A DNA stretch of 61,599 nt, counting the filler, from Chiloscyllium plagiosum (taxonomy: Eukaryota): assembly GCF_004010195.1 (NCBI RefSeq). It is 5 parts of one record of this genome, joined end to end, with 100 filler letters (N's around TTAATTAATTAA, not from the genome) between each part and the next. Parts side by side here need not be neighbours in the genome. Positions count along the whole stretch, not along the records: positions 48,015 to 61,599 come from NC_057710.1; 4 more parts are not named here. One strand, written 5' to 3'. Position 1 is the first letter of the stretch, and each line of letters begins with the position of its first letter. The position numbers and the translations under genes are program-made. A model generated the notes under the pieces. That model did no database searches. It was given only the letters and a program-made list of their open reading frames with translations, and had not been told where the DNA came from. Of the stretch, positions 49,016-61,599 are shown one piece after another.

Positions 49016-50819
49016 CCCCTGTTGTATGCTATGCCCCAACTGACAAAGGCGGGGTCCCTGTTAATAATGTGCCCGGCAGCCTTCAGATCCCTCTGGTCCA
49101 GATGCCCAACATTCAGGATCTGATCTCATGGTAAAGTTAGGAGGCTGAATGGGTTGACCATGGCTGCTCATTGGATGCTGCCTGAACTGCTGTGCTCTTC
49201 CAGCACCACTAATCCAGAACATGGACCTGTTGCTTGGTTTAAAGCAGGAGACCTGAGTGAAATCATTTAGCAGTGCATGGGGTGTTTTAGCTGGGAGGAC
49301 ACACGCGAGGGTTAATCTGCCAGATGTGAAGCATCAGCCAACTTTTAGGCTGAGTTGCAGAATGACTTAGAGACACAGAGGAATCTTAACATTGCACTTT
49401 CATATTTTGACATAACAGTTCTGCACTGTGAAACGCTTCCTTACTGTCTCACTGATGTGTGACGTGGTTTAAGCATGTGATAGACTTACGTCTTGGCCCT
49501 TTGCACTGAACAGAGCGTTGGGAGCGGACAGACTGAAACTTTTTTTTTGAGGCTGTTTTGTTTTGCTTCCCTGGAACACACATAACGAGACATGCCTTCC
49601 TGGACTCGAACCGTGGATGCCAAATATGGAGTTGGTGAGTTCTGGAGTACTATTTGTGTGCCGTTTTCAACTGTAGCCTCGGGAAAGCTTCCATCAGTCG
49701 GATTTAGTGGTAGTTGTATTATAAGAGTTGGAGCGACAGTTATTTCCTGGCCAGCTGAGTAGAGACGCTAACGAAAGAAAAAGAGAACAGGATGTGGTTC
49801 AAAATAAATAGTGTAATTGAAAAAGAAAAACGATATTTTGGTTGTGAGTATTAAGCAGTGTTCCCCCAAACAGTAGAAAGGTAGTCCATTGAGAGGGTGC
49901 AGTACATTCTCAATTCACCCTGCGGTAGGCTCAGTCACAGTGCCGTTGTGAATTGCAGTCTCTAGATGTGGCAGAAACTCTCTCTTGACGATCTGCAGCT
50001 GGCACTGAGGAAACACCTCCGGGAGAGATGTAAGAAATGGTGCAGGTGAACCTCTGAGCATGCTGGTTCTTCCTGTAGCAGTGTCCTGTCAATTGGTGTA
50101 GCTTTGACTGGTTAAACTCCAGCACGCGTTTGGGAATCAGTGAGTTTTGGCACTGTGAATTGTGCCTCAATACTCACTCTCTCTCTCTGTCGGTCACACA
50201 CACTTAAGGGTCTCAAGAGCCCTCCTAAAGAAAGCACTTGAGTAAATTGCAGAGACCCTTAAGCATGGTGCCTAGACACCTGACTCACTTACAACTCTTG
50301 TCATTCTGACCTGCGCCAAGAGGAAGACTTCCGTCCAGAAAAAAAACACGACAGTAATTTAGCATCTAAAACTGACCAGGAGAGAGGATGAGAAGCAGTT
50401 TGTTTTTACAAAGTTCAGCAGTACAACTTATCACAACTTTTGGCAAGTGGCTTGAAAGTTGGAGAGAATTTTATGTTCTTGCAGTGTGTTGATTAGCTGC
50501 ACATTGTATTGTGCGAGCATTCAGCAGCCTGTTTGAATTGGATCAGCTGCCAGGATGTTTTCAAATTGATAAGGCTTCAATAAGGTTATACTTATAATTT
50601 TTGGTCTCTCACAGCCACCTAAACAACTCCACCCAGTTGCCCTATAAATAGTAGGGGGTGGTGCCAGAATGTAACAGATTTTGTCTGATTAAAATGTCTC
50701 TATAATTCTGTTGATTTGTCTCTTATTTGTGGACTGGGTCTAGCTTTCCCTTTATCAGCCCATTGAAATTTTTGAATGGGGCCATGCCTTTATCACACTT
50801 GATAAATGTACTGCTTTGT

Positions 50820-51122
50820 AGATAGAACTCCTACGAAATAGGCCCTTCGGCCCAACAAGCCCTCACCAAACCCATTCTCTATCCCATTACTCAACATTTA
50901 CCCTGAACTAATGCACCTAACCTACACATCCCTAAACACTATGGGCAATTAGCATTGCCAGTTCACCCTAACCTGCACATCTTTGGACCGTGGGAGGAAA
51001 CCCGCATAGACACAGGGAGAATGTGCAAACTCTATGTCGGTAGTCACCTGAGGGTGGAATTAAACCCAGGCCCCTGGTACTGTGAGGCAGCAGTGCTAAC
51101 CACTGAGCCACCATGCTGCCCC
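50820..51122 (-). mobile_element. HE1 V-SINE
   Basis: Reverse complement of HE1. Confidence 0.9.
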
Positions 51123-51243
51123 ACAGTAGTATGCCTTAAAGGAAGATACTATCCAGCTGACCTTTGATTATTAACCTCTCCAATACTGATTGAAATCATC
51201 TCTATTTATTTACCCTATCAAAACCATTATCTCGAGCACCTCT

Positions 51244-51337
51244 CTAGGTTAGAGGGGTGCTGGAAAAGCACAGCAGTTCAGGCAGCATCCGAGGAGCAGG
51301 AAAATTGATGTTTTTGGCAAAAGCCCTTCATCAGGAA
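51244..51337 (-). mobile_element. Short Penelope pLTR insertion with 12-bp TSD
   Basis: TSD tcgagcacctct at 51232-51243 and 51338-51349. Confidence 0.85.
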
Positions 51338-51419
51338 TCGAGCACCTCTGTTAAATCTCTGTCTAACCTTCTCTGCTGTAAGGAGAACAGCCACTGGTTC
51401 ACTTCATATTCCTGAAGTC

Positions 51420-52550
51420 CTGCACAAAGCAGCAGGCGTAAGCTATTTGGCACTTTGAGCTTGCTCCATCATTCAATATGATTGTGGCTGATCTGATGTG
51501 GCCTTTATCCCACTTGCCTGCAGGTTCCTCTGACCCTAAATAATCACAAAACTGTTTCACTCCTCATTGAACATATTCAGTGACCTAACGCTGGGGGCGA
51601 TATTCCAAATGCTAAAACAAAACTCCCTCGTCATGGAGTCAGAGGTTTTACAGCATGGAGTAAGACCCTTCAGTCCATCATGTCCATATTAGTGGTCAAA
51701 CCTCTATTAAACATAACCACATTTTCTAGCACATGTCCTGTAGCCTTGAATGCTATTACATTTCATCAAAATACTTAAATGTTATGAAGGTTCCTGTCTC
51801 TATTAGCATGAGACCATATAATAAAGAAGCTGAATTAAGCCATTCATACCATCGAGTCTGCTGCACAGATTGATTGTGTCTTTTACATTAATCCTTGATC
51901 CCCTTACATTATCTATCTCTGTCTTAAATACACACAATGACTTGGCCACCACAGCCCTCTGCAGCAATAAGTTCCACAGATTCACCACTCTCTGGCTGAA
52001 GAAATTCCTCCAAATCTCAGTTCTAAAGGGTTCTCCCTTCAGTCTGAGTCCTCAGGTTCTGGTCTCCAGCTGAAACATCTGCACGTCCACTCTATCCAGG
52101 TTTCTCAGTATTCTGTACATCCCAATCAAATTCCAACCCCTTTGCTGGCCTTCTAATTCCCATCAAGTGGAGGCACTGAGTTCCAGATACTCACCACCCT
52201 CTGAGTGCAAACATCGTTCCTAGATTCCCCTGCTCCTTTTCTTAAAAACTGTACCTCATATTTATTGATTCCTCCACAAGGCGGAAATGTTGTACTTGTT
52301 CTGTCCTGTCTATGCCCTCAGAACTATGCAGACCTCAATAAGATCACCTGTAGCTTTCTCTGCTGCACAATTCCAGATTATCCAATCTCTCTTTGTAGCT
52401 CAGTCTCTCCATCCCAGGTTAATATCCTGGTGAATCTCCTTGGCATCCACTCCATTGCACTCACATCCTTTCTATAGTGCGGTGACTAGGACTGTACACT
52501 GCATTCCAGCTATGGCCTAACTAACGTTATGTGAGTTCCATCATAAGCTC
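51420..52550 (-). mobile_element. Cluster of decayed CR1 3' fragments
   Basis: Repeated gttccacagattcaccactctctggctgaagaaatt-type motifs. Confidence 0.7.
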
Positions 52551-53189
52551 ATCCTAGATATTAGTCTGAAAGAGGACAGGGTGATAATCAGTGTGTTCAC
52601 TTTTCAGGAGCTCCTTCAGTCTGTTATTGCAACTTAACTTGCTTCCACGAGAGTACAGACGTGACTTTTATCACAAGGACATCATGTAGCAATGTTGCTT
52701 TAGCTCTATCATCCTGTGCTATGATGCATTTAATGTGTGAATTTTTTTAGCATCTCTTGCCCTGCCCATCCTCAAATAGAAGTACATGAATCTTTAACAA
52801 TAGAAATGACTCTATCAGGCTAATCATTCGTGTGAAATCCCAGAAATGCGCCACGATAACACATCAGAGCTGCTGGAAACCAATCAGTGACTTCTAACTT
52901 TAGGTTCCACCTAACTGCCACAGCCTGCATTTCTACGAAACCAAGAATTCATCTTAAAAATGCAACAGCAATTATCTCAGCTCGATACAAATGCGGCTGT
53001 TTGCCACCAATGTTTATCAGTGACTACACATTGGAGGAGGAGAAAATTTTGAACACATCAATACTTAACTCTCAGACCAATCTTCACAACCGATCATTGC
53101 CTTAAAGACAGAGAACTTGCATCTGTGCCGTACATCACTTTCAAAGGCATTATAAAGCACTTTACAACATATTTAGTATTTCTGAATTT

Positions 53190-54860
53190 AAAAAAAAAAC
53201 TGCAGATGCTGGAAATTAGAAACAGAAGCAGAAATTGCTGGGGAAAGTCTTGGTGTGGAGGTGCCGGTGTTGGACTGGAGTGGACAAAGTTTAAAAATCA
53301 CACAACACCAGGTTATAGAACATAGAACATAGAACAATACAGCACAGAACAGGCCCTTTGGCCCACGATGTTGTGCCGAACATTTGTCATAGCATAAACA
53401 CCTATCCATGTACCTATCCAAATGCCGCTTAAAGTTCGCCAATGATTCTGACTCTGCCACTCCCACAGGCAGCGCATTCCATGCCCCCACCACTCTTTGG
53501 GTAAAGAACCTACCCCTGACATCCCCCTTATACCTTCCACCCTTCACCTTAAATTTATATCCCCTTGTAACACTCTGTTATACCTGGGGAAAAGGTCTCT
53601 GACTGTCTACTCTATTCCCCTGATCATCTTCTCAACCTCTATCAAGTCACCCCTCATCCTTCGCCATTCCAATGAGAAAAGGCCTAGCACTCTCAACCTA
53701 TCCTCGTACGACCTATTCTCCATTCCAGGCAACATCCTGGTAAATCTCCTCTGCACCCTCTCCAAAGCTTCCACATCTTTCTTAAANNNNNNNNNNNNNN
53801 NNNNNNNNNNNNNNNNNNNNNNNNNNNNNNNNNNNNNNNNNNNNNNNNNNNNNNNNNNNNNNNNNNNNNNNNNNNNNNNNNNNNNNNNNNNNNNNNNNNN
53901 NNNNNNNNNNNNNNNNNNNNNNNNNNNNNNNNNNNNNNNNNNNNNNNNNNNNNNNNNNNNNNNNNNNNNNNNNNNNNNNNNNNNNNNNNNNNNNNNNNNN
54001 NNNNNNNNNNNNNNNNNNNNNNNNNNNNNNNNNNNNNNNNNNNNNNNNNNNNNNNNNNNNNNNNNNNNNNNNNNNNNNNNNNNNNNNNNNNNNNNNNNNN
54101 NNNNNNNNNNNNNNNNNNNNNNNNNNNNNNNNNNNNNNNNNNNNNNNNNNNNNNNNNNNNNNNNNNNNNNNNNNNNNNNNNNNNNNNNNNNNNNNNNNNN
54201 NNNNNNNNNNNNNNNNNNNNTGTAAGGCAAGACCTCCCCTTCACAAATCCGTGCTGGCTGTCCCTAATCAAGCAGTGTCTTTCCAGATACTCATAAATCC
54301 TATCCCTCAGTACCCTTTCCATTACTTTGCCTACCACCGAAGTAAGACTAACTGGCCTGTAATTCCCGGGGTTATCCCTATTCTCTTTTTTGAACAGGGG
54401 CACAACATTCGCCACTCTCCAGTCCCCTGGCACCATCCCCATTGACAAGTGAAGACGAAAAGATCATTGCCAACGGTTCTGCAATTTCCTCTCTTGCTTC
54501 CCACATAATCCTAGGATATATCCCTAGGTTATAGTCCAACAGGTTTATTTGGATGTACTGGCTTTTGGAGCGTTGCTCCTTCATCAGTTAGATCCTGATG
54601 AAGGAAAGCTAGTGCTCCCAAATAAACCTGTTGGACTATAACCTGGTGTTGTGTGATTTCTAACCCTGAGAAAAGTCTGGCAGCATCTTTCGAGAGAAAT
54701 CCGAGTTAACATTTTTGGTCCAGTGACCCTTCCTCAGAAGAGTTCTTCAGTACAGTCCATCTCTAAGGAAGGGTCACTGCACCTGAAACATTAATTCTAC
54801 ATCTCTCCACAGATGCTGCCAGACCTGCTGAGCTTTTCTGCAACTTGTTTTTGTTCGTAC
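53190..54860. mobile_element. Nested stack: Penelope family C containing Penelope family B (53251-54665) containing CR1 (53319-54525, -)
   Basis: CR1 TSD aggttatag at 53310-53318 and 54526-54534; family B near-TSD ctggggaaagtct / ctgagaaaagtct; 434-N gap at 53787-54220 inside the CR1. Confidence 0.85.
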
Positions 54861-55200
54861 TTCTGAAGTTCAGTTTTCACTTTCGGAAACACTGCTGCAA
54901 ATTTGCACTCAGTACAGACCCACAAGCAACTACATGATGATTTGTTGATGATGGTTGAGGGACAAATATTGGCCAGGAGATCAGAGTTCTTCAAAATAGA
55001 ACCACAGGATATTTTAGTTTCATCTTCAAGTGTAGGTAGGTCCTTGGCTTGATGCCTCCCTAATCCAACAAATGGAGCTTCTAACAGTGCAGTGTTCACT
55101 CAGAGTGAAATTTCAGATGGCAATGTGAAGTCTAGAATCAGGAAAGGACTTGAACTCTCAACCTTATCAATGTGAAGAAACAGTACCTGTTGACCCATGG
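54860..55200 (-). mobile_element. DeuSINE (SacSINE1/AmnSINE1-like) remnant
   Basis: Minus strand cctggccaatatttgtccctcaacc...tgcttgtggg...gtgcaaatttgcagcagtgtttcc resembles the Deu domain as recalled. Confidence 0.6.
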
Positions 55201-55809
55201 CTGACATTTTCTGTGACTATCCCATTCCTCGTGTCAGCTATTGGCATTAAAGAGTGGCACGTACTGAGTCAAAAAAGACAATGTTATTCTTTCTGCTCAT
55301 TATGTCCAATGTCAGATGTATGTGGCAATTTATGGTGTCATAGAGGAATGTTACTTTTCCTGTTATTAATTTCAACACTTCTGTTCGTCTCGCGGGCTAA
55401 TGTTTAGAATATCTCACCCCATTTGAAGAAGAAGCCAGGTTGAATGTAATCGGTTTTCAACAATGACTTGGCAAATAGTGGATTTCTTTCTGTTTATATA
55501 AGAACTTGCCAGAATTCACTGCTCTGATCCCCTGTGGCAGGCTGACTTAAGACATGAAGCTATTCATCTTAGCGTCGGCAGACTATTAGCGCAAACCCCA
55601 AATGCAGGATCAAACAGGCAGAGCATAGTGGAAATCTTGTTGGACTAAGCATTCAGAGGCTTCGGCCTGAATCCAATCAGAGGTCTGAGGGGTGCTGATC
55701 CTTAATAAAAGCTGGCTTAAGTTTGAAATTGGCAATGAGGAAACCCCCAAGGTGAATCTCGAAATGTGCATTATAGACAAACAAATTTTAAAAAATCAAA
55801 AAGAGTCAC

Positions 55810-56145
55810 TAGTTTCTATACATATAAACAAAGAAGGATACCACTTTGACTGGGACAACCATGCATTCTAGGACAGGAGAAATGAAAACACGCACGAGAA
55901 TTCTTCGAGGCATGGTATTCTAACTAGAACTCCATCAATAAACACATTGATTTAGATCCTATCTACCTTCCCTTGCAAAATGACATCACCCACCTTAAAA
56001 AACCAAGACCTATAAATAGAGAGGTAGGACATACCACCAGCGCTTCACCAGATACTCTCAATGATGGTGTTACTTTGTCATGGTGACGAAACATCTGAAA
56101 ACAAATCTTCCAGCTCAGGAAGCTAACTTGCATACTTACAGTCAA
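55810..56145 (+). mobile_element. Penelope-like 3' end (family D): GIY-YIG C-terminus plus pLTR
   Basis: HFDWDN..ILGQ..KHAREFFEAWYS..NSINKHIDLDPIY; degenerate ggtgacgaaac hammerhead half. Confidence 0.75.
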
Positions 56146-56173
56146 ATATTTTTACACCACAGCCACTGTCATC

Positions 56174-56520
56174 TTAGAATCCCTACAGTATGGAAACAGG
56201 CCCTTCGACCCAACAAGTCCTACCAACCCTCCAAAGAGTAATCCACCCATACCCATTCCCCCACCTATGTTTATACCTGAACAATGCACCTAACCTACAC
56301 ATCCCTGAATACTATGGGCAATTTCCCATGACCAATTCACCTAACCTGCTCACCTTTGGACTGTGGGGAAAAAAGCTTGAGTAGCGGCAGGGAACCCACG
56401 CAGACACAGGAAGAATGTGCAAACTCCACACAGACAGTCGCCCTAGGCTGGAATTGAACCCAGGTCCCTAGCGCTGTGAGACAGCAGTGCAAACCACTGA
56501 GCCCCTCACCGTGCCACCCC
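56174..56520 (-). mobile_element. HE1 V-SINE
   Basis: Reverse complement of HE1. Confidence 0.9.
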
Positions 56521-56739
56521 ATCACAAAGTTTAGGAAGTGCAACCACCTGGTTAGTACATAGCAAGTGCTTTCCTTTGTAATATCGGTCAACGTATAAAT
56601 GCTAGTGATTCTATTTCAAGTCCTCACTGCTTTTGTTTGAAATAGTACCGAAACTTATTTACTGTTCACCAGAGACATGAGGCTGACATCTTGTCTGAAA
56701 GGTAGCCTCTTTGCCAGTGTAGCACTCCCTCATTATATA

Positions 56740-57770
56740 ACAAACAACAATTTATATTTATCTAGTGAATTTAACATTTTGAAACACACCAAGATGCTCT
56801 ATAGGGACAATCTTAACTGTGATGGCCAGCCACTTAAGCAGATATTAGGTTAAATGATCAGAAGCTTGGTCAAAGAGGTAGGTGTTAAGAAATGTTTTAA
56901 AAGAGGAAAATGCAGTAGACATATGGGGAGATGTTGATCGGAAGTTCCAGAGTTTGGAGCTGAGGCAACTGAGGACACGATCATCAATGACAGACCAATT
57001 ACAATTGAAGATGTTCAAGAGATGTTGATGAGCATAGATATCTCATGGGGGTGGAGGTGGGTGTGGGATTGGAGAAGATATGAGAGCTATGAGACCACGA
57101 ATGAATTTAAATTTTTAAAATCAAGACAGTGCTTGACCAATGCTAAATTTGTCAGTAAGCATTGTGGTGAAAATGGAACAAGTTCTTCTATGAGTTAAGA
57201 CATGGGCAGCAGAGTTGAGAGTGTAGAATGTGGGAGGCCAACCAGAAAGACATTGAAATAATTAAGCCGAGAGCTAATACAATCATGGGTAAGTGTCTCA
57301 GTGGCAGATTATCTAAGATGGTAACGGTGAGGCGAAAGTGGGTACTGCAGATGCTGGAGATCGGAGTCAAGATTACAGTGGTGCTGGAAAGGCACAGCAG
57401 GTCAGGCAACATCCAAGGAGCAGGAAAATCGATGTTTTGGGAAAAAAAGCACTTCATCAGGAATCCTGACAGGATAAGGGTAAACCATGTTATTGGTGTT
57501 GAAGGACATGGTCATAGCGAAGGCATGGATATGAGGTCAGAAGCTCATCTCAGAATCAACAGTACTACCAGGACTGCAAACAGATGGATTTAATGGTAGA
57601 ATTTCCAGGGAGAGATTGGGAACTGGCTGCTAAAGGACAGATTTTTGGAGCAAAGACTGAAAACAATGGCTTTGATTTTGTCAGTATTACACTGGGGGAA
57701 ATGTTTGCTTACTCAGCACTGACATCAAATCGTTTAGAAATGGTGGTGGAACTGAGAGGTGAGCATGAGC
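56740..57770 (-). mobile_element. L2-like LINE remnant with a nested Penelope pLTR (57329-57465)
   Basis: acaacaatttatatttat...aacacaccaagatgctc resembles the reverse-complemented L2 3' end. Confidence 0.6.
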
Positions 57771-57814
57771 TGTTTATGTGGCAGAGTCCGAAAATGGGTC
57801 ATGAATCTACAGCC

Positions 57815-59317
57815 GAGGAGAAAGTGAGGACTGCAGATGCTGGAGAGTCAGAGTCGAAAAGGGTGGTGCTGGAAAAGCACAGCAGGTCAGGCAGCATCCG
57901 AGGAACAGGAGAGTCGAAGTTTTGAGCAGAAGCCCTTCATCAGGAATATGGAGGGAAAAGGGATGAGAGATCAATAAGGAGGGGATGATCAGGGGTGCAG
58001 GTAACTGCGAAGGTGATAGATGGATGAAGGTGGGGGCGTGATTGTGATTGGTCAGTGGGGAGGGTGGAGCAGATAGGTGGAAAGGAAGATGGACAGGAAG
58101 GACAGTTTAAGAGGGTGGTGCCAAGTTGAAGGGTTGGATCTGGGATGAGATGGGGGGAGGGGAGATTAGGAAACTAGTGAAGTGGATATTGATGCTGTGT
58201 GGTTGAAGTGTCCCAAGAAGGAAGATGAGACGTTCTGCTGCCAGGCGTCAGGTGGCTTGCATTTAGTGGTGGAGGCAGCCCAGGACTTATATGTCCTTGG
58301 GGGAGTGGGACAGGGCAGTGGGTTTGTTTAGTGTGTGTGTGCATCTCCTCCACTTCTGCCCTTGAACCCCATCCCTCCAATCGCAACAAGGATAGAACCT
58401 GGTCCTCATCTTTCACTAATCTCCAGACACAGCACATTATCCTTCGCCATTTCTGCCACCTAAAATCAGACTCCACTACCAGAGATATATTTCCCTCCCC
58501 ATCCCTATCAGCAATCTGCAGAGACCATTCCCTCTGCGACTCCCTCATTAGGTCCACACCCCCACAAACCCACCCTCTACTCCTGGCACCTTCCCTTTCC
58601 GCCAGAGGAGGTATAAAATCTGCACCCAGACCTCCCTCCTCACCTCCGTCCAAAGCCCCAAAGGATCCTTCCACACCCAACAGAGATTTTCCTGAACATC
58701 CACCCACCTGATCTATTGTGTCTATTGTTCTCTATGTCGTCTCCTCTACATCGGGGAGACAGGACGCCAACTTGCAGAATATTCCAGAGAACATTTCTGG
58801 GGCACACGCACCAAAGAACCTCACCACCCTGTGGCCAACTACTTCAACTCCCCCAAGGACATATAAGTCCTGGGCCACCACCACCGCCAAATCAAAGTCA
58901 CCTGAAGCCTGAAGGAAGAATGCTTCATCTTCCACCTTGGGACCCTTCAACCACATGGCATCAACTTGACTTCACCAGTTTCCAAATCTCCCTTCTCGCC
59001 AATCTCATTCCAGATCCAGCCCTCCAACTTGGCACTGCCCTCTTGATTATTTTCACCTGTACATCTTCCTTCCCACCTATCAGCTCCACCCTCCCCACCG
59101 ACCTGTCACAATCACCTCTACCACCTGCAATCACCTATCACCTTCTCACCTACCTTCTCTCTCCCCCCCCACCAGCCCTGCTCACCCAGCTATTTACCTC
59201 TCATCCCCTTTCCCCCTCCACATTCCTGATGAAGGGCTTATGCCCAAAATGCCGACTCAACTTCTTCTCAGATGCTGCCTAACTTGCTGTGCTTTTCCAG
59301 TGCCACACTCTTCTGCT
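57815..59317. mobile_element. Penelope-like element: inverted arm (57815-58320, -) plus main arm (58340-59317, +) with a GIY-YIG remnant; 14-bp TSD
   Basis: TSD atgaatctacagcc at 57801-57814 and 59318-59331; IYCVYCSLCRLLYIGETGRQLAEYSREH at about 58711-58795. Confidence 0.9.
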
Positions 59318-59379
59318 ATGAATCTACAGCCTTCTGTTTTTGTGGTCAAAGTGCCAACTATTGGGCCAAGGCTGACAAC

Positions 59380-59882
59380 TCGCCTCTGGAGCACCCGGAC
59401 CGACCAACCCAACCACCATGTGGCTCAACACTTCAACTCCCCCTTCCACTCCACATGCAGGTCCTTGGACTCCTCCATCACTAGACCATAGCAACACGAC
59501 GGCTGGAGGAAGAGCGCCTCATCTTCCGCCTAGGAACCCTCCAACCACAAGGGATGAACTCAGATTTCTCCAGTTTCCTCATTTCCCCTCCCCCCACCTT
59601 GTCTCAGTCCCAACCCTCGAACTCAGCACCACCTTCCTAACCTGCAATCTTCTTCCTGACCACTCTGGCCTATCGCCCTCACCTTATCACCCTCACCTTA
59701 ACCTCCTTCCACCTATCACATTTCCAACACCCCTCCCTCAAGTCCCTCCTCTCTACCTTTTATCTTAGCCTGCTTGGCACACTCTCCTTATTCCTGAAGA
59801 AGCGCTCATGCCCGAAACATCGATTCTCCTGCTCCTTGGATGCTGCCTGACCTGCTGCGCTTTTCCAGCAACACATTTTCAG
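59380..59882 (+). mobile_element. Penelope-like 3' fragment (family A)
   Basis: VAQHFNSP..MQVLGLLH..RRLEEERLIFRLGTLQPQGMN followed by the pLTR. Confidence 0.88.
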
Positions 59883-60179
59883 GCTTGTGTATTGGCTATT
59901 GTGTGGAAGAGGTATTCCTTTATGAAGAGACACATTCTTGAAGCATTGACAGAACATAGTGCCACGAACAGAAGTTTGATCAGTGCTGAACATCCAAAGA
60001 TTCCTAGAAAATTAACCTTATCCTCCAGCCCAACACATACTTTTGAACAAGGCCTACAAAATGAAAGCTCGGGAAGGCTCCTCGGGTAATTGTTTTTTTG
60101 TTTTTTTTTCTCCACTTTGGAGCAGAGTGTGGTAGTTCCCTCAGCTGTTGCCAGATCAGAGATGAACTTGTTTAAACCT

Positions 60180-60295
60180 GACAGAGGGATATGGGACAAA
60201 TGCTGGCAAATTAGACTAGATTAATTTCTGGTCGGCATGGACAGGTTGGACCGAACTGTCTGTTTCTATCCTGTACAAATCTATGACTCTATGAT
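60180..60295 (+). mobile_element. CR1/HER1 3' UTR fragment
   Basis: ctatgactctatg tail. Confidence 0.8.
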
Positions 60296-61065
60296 GATGA
60301 GAGACCATAGCTAGGACCATGAGTTCACTGTGATGAAGTGAAAGCAAAGATTTCCCTTTCCCCAGCCCAATGGCATTGTGGGTCTACCTACAGCACAGGG
60401 ACTATAGCGTTTTAAGAAGGCAGTTCACAACACCATCTCAAGGACAACTAGGGATGGACTCTAAGTGATTCTCACATTGTGTGAATGAATCATAAAAATA
60501 AAATTGGAGGGGAGAGAAGAAGAGAGCCCCTCACTGAATTTTGACTCTCATGTTACACATAAGCTAATATCGTTAGCATGTAGGTCAACAGAGCGCAAGT
60601 AGATCTTGAGACCAATATTTTTACACACAGCCACAAACCAATGCGACTGTGGTACATAGAAAGCTTCACATCTCCCAACTCAAACTTGTTCAACTTGTGG
60701 ATCAGTAACGTTTTAGATGACCACCTTTTTAAAGATATCTTAACTAAAAATAACCCAGGCTATTTAAATTGGTTTCCACTTGTCTCTCTTGCGAATCTCA
60801 CACACGTCATTTCTCCAGTGTTCTTAACCCTGTCAATGGTTCAAAGCTACATAGAGATGTCCAGCCACTAGAGTGAAAGCTGCAACTCTGAACAAAACAT
60901 CAATTACCTGAAAACTGTCAGTGAGAACACACTAACAAAGTCGGAGGACTGAAGGTGCACTGTTCAACTTTAACTGAATTGAGTAGAAAGATGACATGTT
61001 TGTGCTCTCTGGTTGTTCTAAAGAGCTTTACAGTGAATGGGCTGCTGTAGAAGTACAGTAAAATT

Positions 61066-61357
61066 ATTGTGACATGCAAAATGTAGGCAGTTACGCAAAA
61101 CATCATGAGGAAAATGCTCACGCAATCCAGTTTGAGTGATATTGGTTGAAAGAAGAGTTTTCATAGAACATAGAACATAGAAGAATACAGCGCAGTACAG
61201 GCCCTTTGGCCATTGTGACATGCAAAATGTAGGCAGTTACGCAAAACATCATGAGGAAAATGCTCACGCAATCCAGTTTGAGTGATATTGGTTGAAAGAA
61301 GAGTTTTCATAGAACATAGAACATAGAAGAATACAGCGCAGTACAGGCCCTTTGGCC
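61066..61357. repeat. Exact 146-bp tandem duplication
   Basis: 61066-61211 equals 61212-61357. Confidence 0.9.
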
Positions 61358-61599
61358 CGCGATGTTGCGCCGATCCAAGCCCACCTAACCTACACTAGCC
61401 CACTATCCTCCATATGCCTATCCAATGCACGTTTAAATGCCCATAATGAAGGAGAGTCCACCACTGCTACTGGCAGGGCATTCCATGAACTCACGACTCG
61501 CTGAGTAAAGAATCTACCCCTAACATCTGTCCTATACCTACCACCCCTTAATTTAAAGCTATGCCCCCTCGTAATAGCTGACTCCATACATAGAAAAAG
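61308..61599 (-). mobile_element. CR1 3' end
   Basis: TRGHSFKL...FFTQRVVSSWNALP; (CATAGAA)n tail. Confidence 0.92.

Noticed and set aside
53497..54448. Long ORFs of 207-251 aa in the ORF track
   Set aside because: Their length comes from N-runs; the flanks are CR1 ORF2
61066..61357. Perfect 146-bp tandem duplication spanning a CR1 junction
   Set aside because: An identical copy about one short-read length long at a repeat edge; most likely a gap-closing or overlap artefact unless long reads confirm it

Overview
This is eukaryotic genomic DNA, almost certainly from a cartilaginous fish (shark). That call is inferred from the dense HE1-type V-SINEs, HER1/CR1-type LINEs and Penelope-like elements. 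It is a draft assembly with four 100-bp pseudo-gaps carrying a TTAATTAATTAA linker and one 434-N gap. Only one host coding segment is recognisable: a 139-nt internal exon (43593-43731, +) of the C20orf27/ADISSP (UPF0687) orthologue. The rest appears to be transposon-inflated intron. It contains many CR1 fragments (one near full length, with an esterase ORF1), L2 remnants, about 17 HE1 SINEs, other tRNA- and Deu-SINEs, a Gmr1-like Gypsy gag-protease remnant, a probable solo LTR, and about 25 Penelope-like insertions from at least four families. Many Penelope insertions are inverted terminal-repeat pairs with 11-17-bp target-site duplications (TSDs) and carry minimal hammerhead ribozyme motifs. 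The most notable patterns are: intact ribozyme cores mostly antisense to the host gene, a strong left/right polarity of the Penelope insertions, an inverted local copy of one insertion that captured its own flank, and a candidate internal first exon. Family names come from recognition of remembered motifs, not database searches. Repeat boundaries are approximate unless a TSD is quoted. I found no clearly new multi-gene system.
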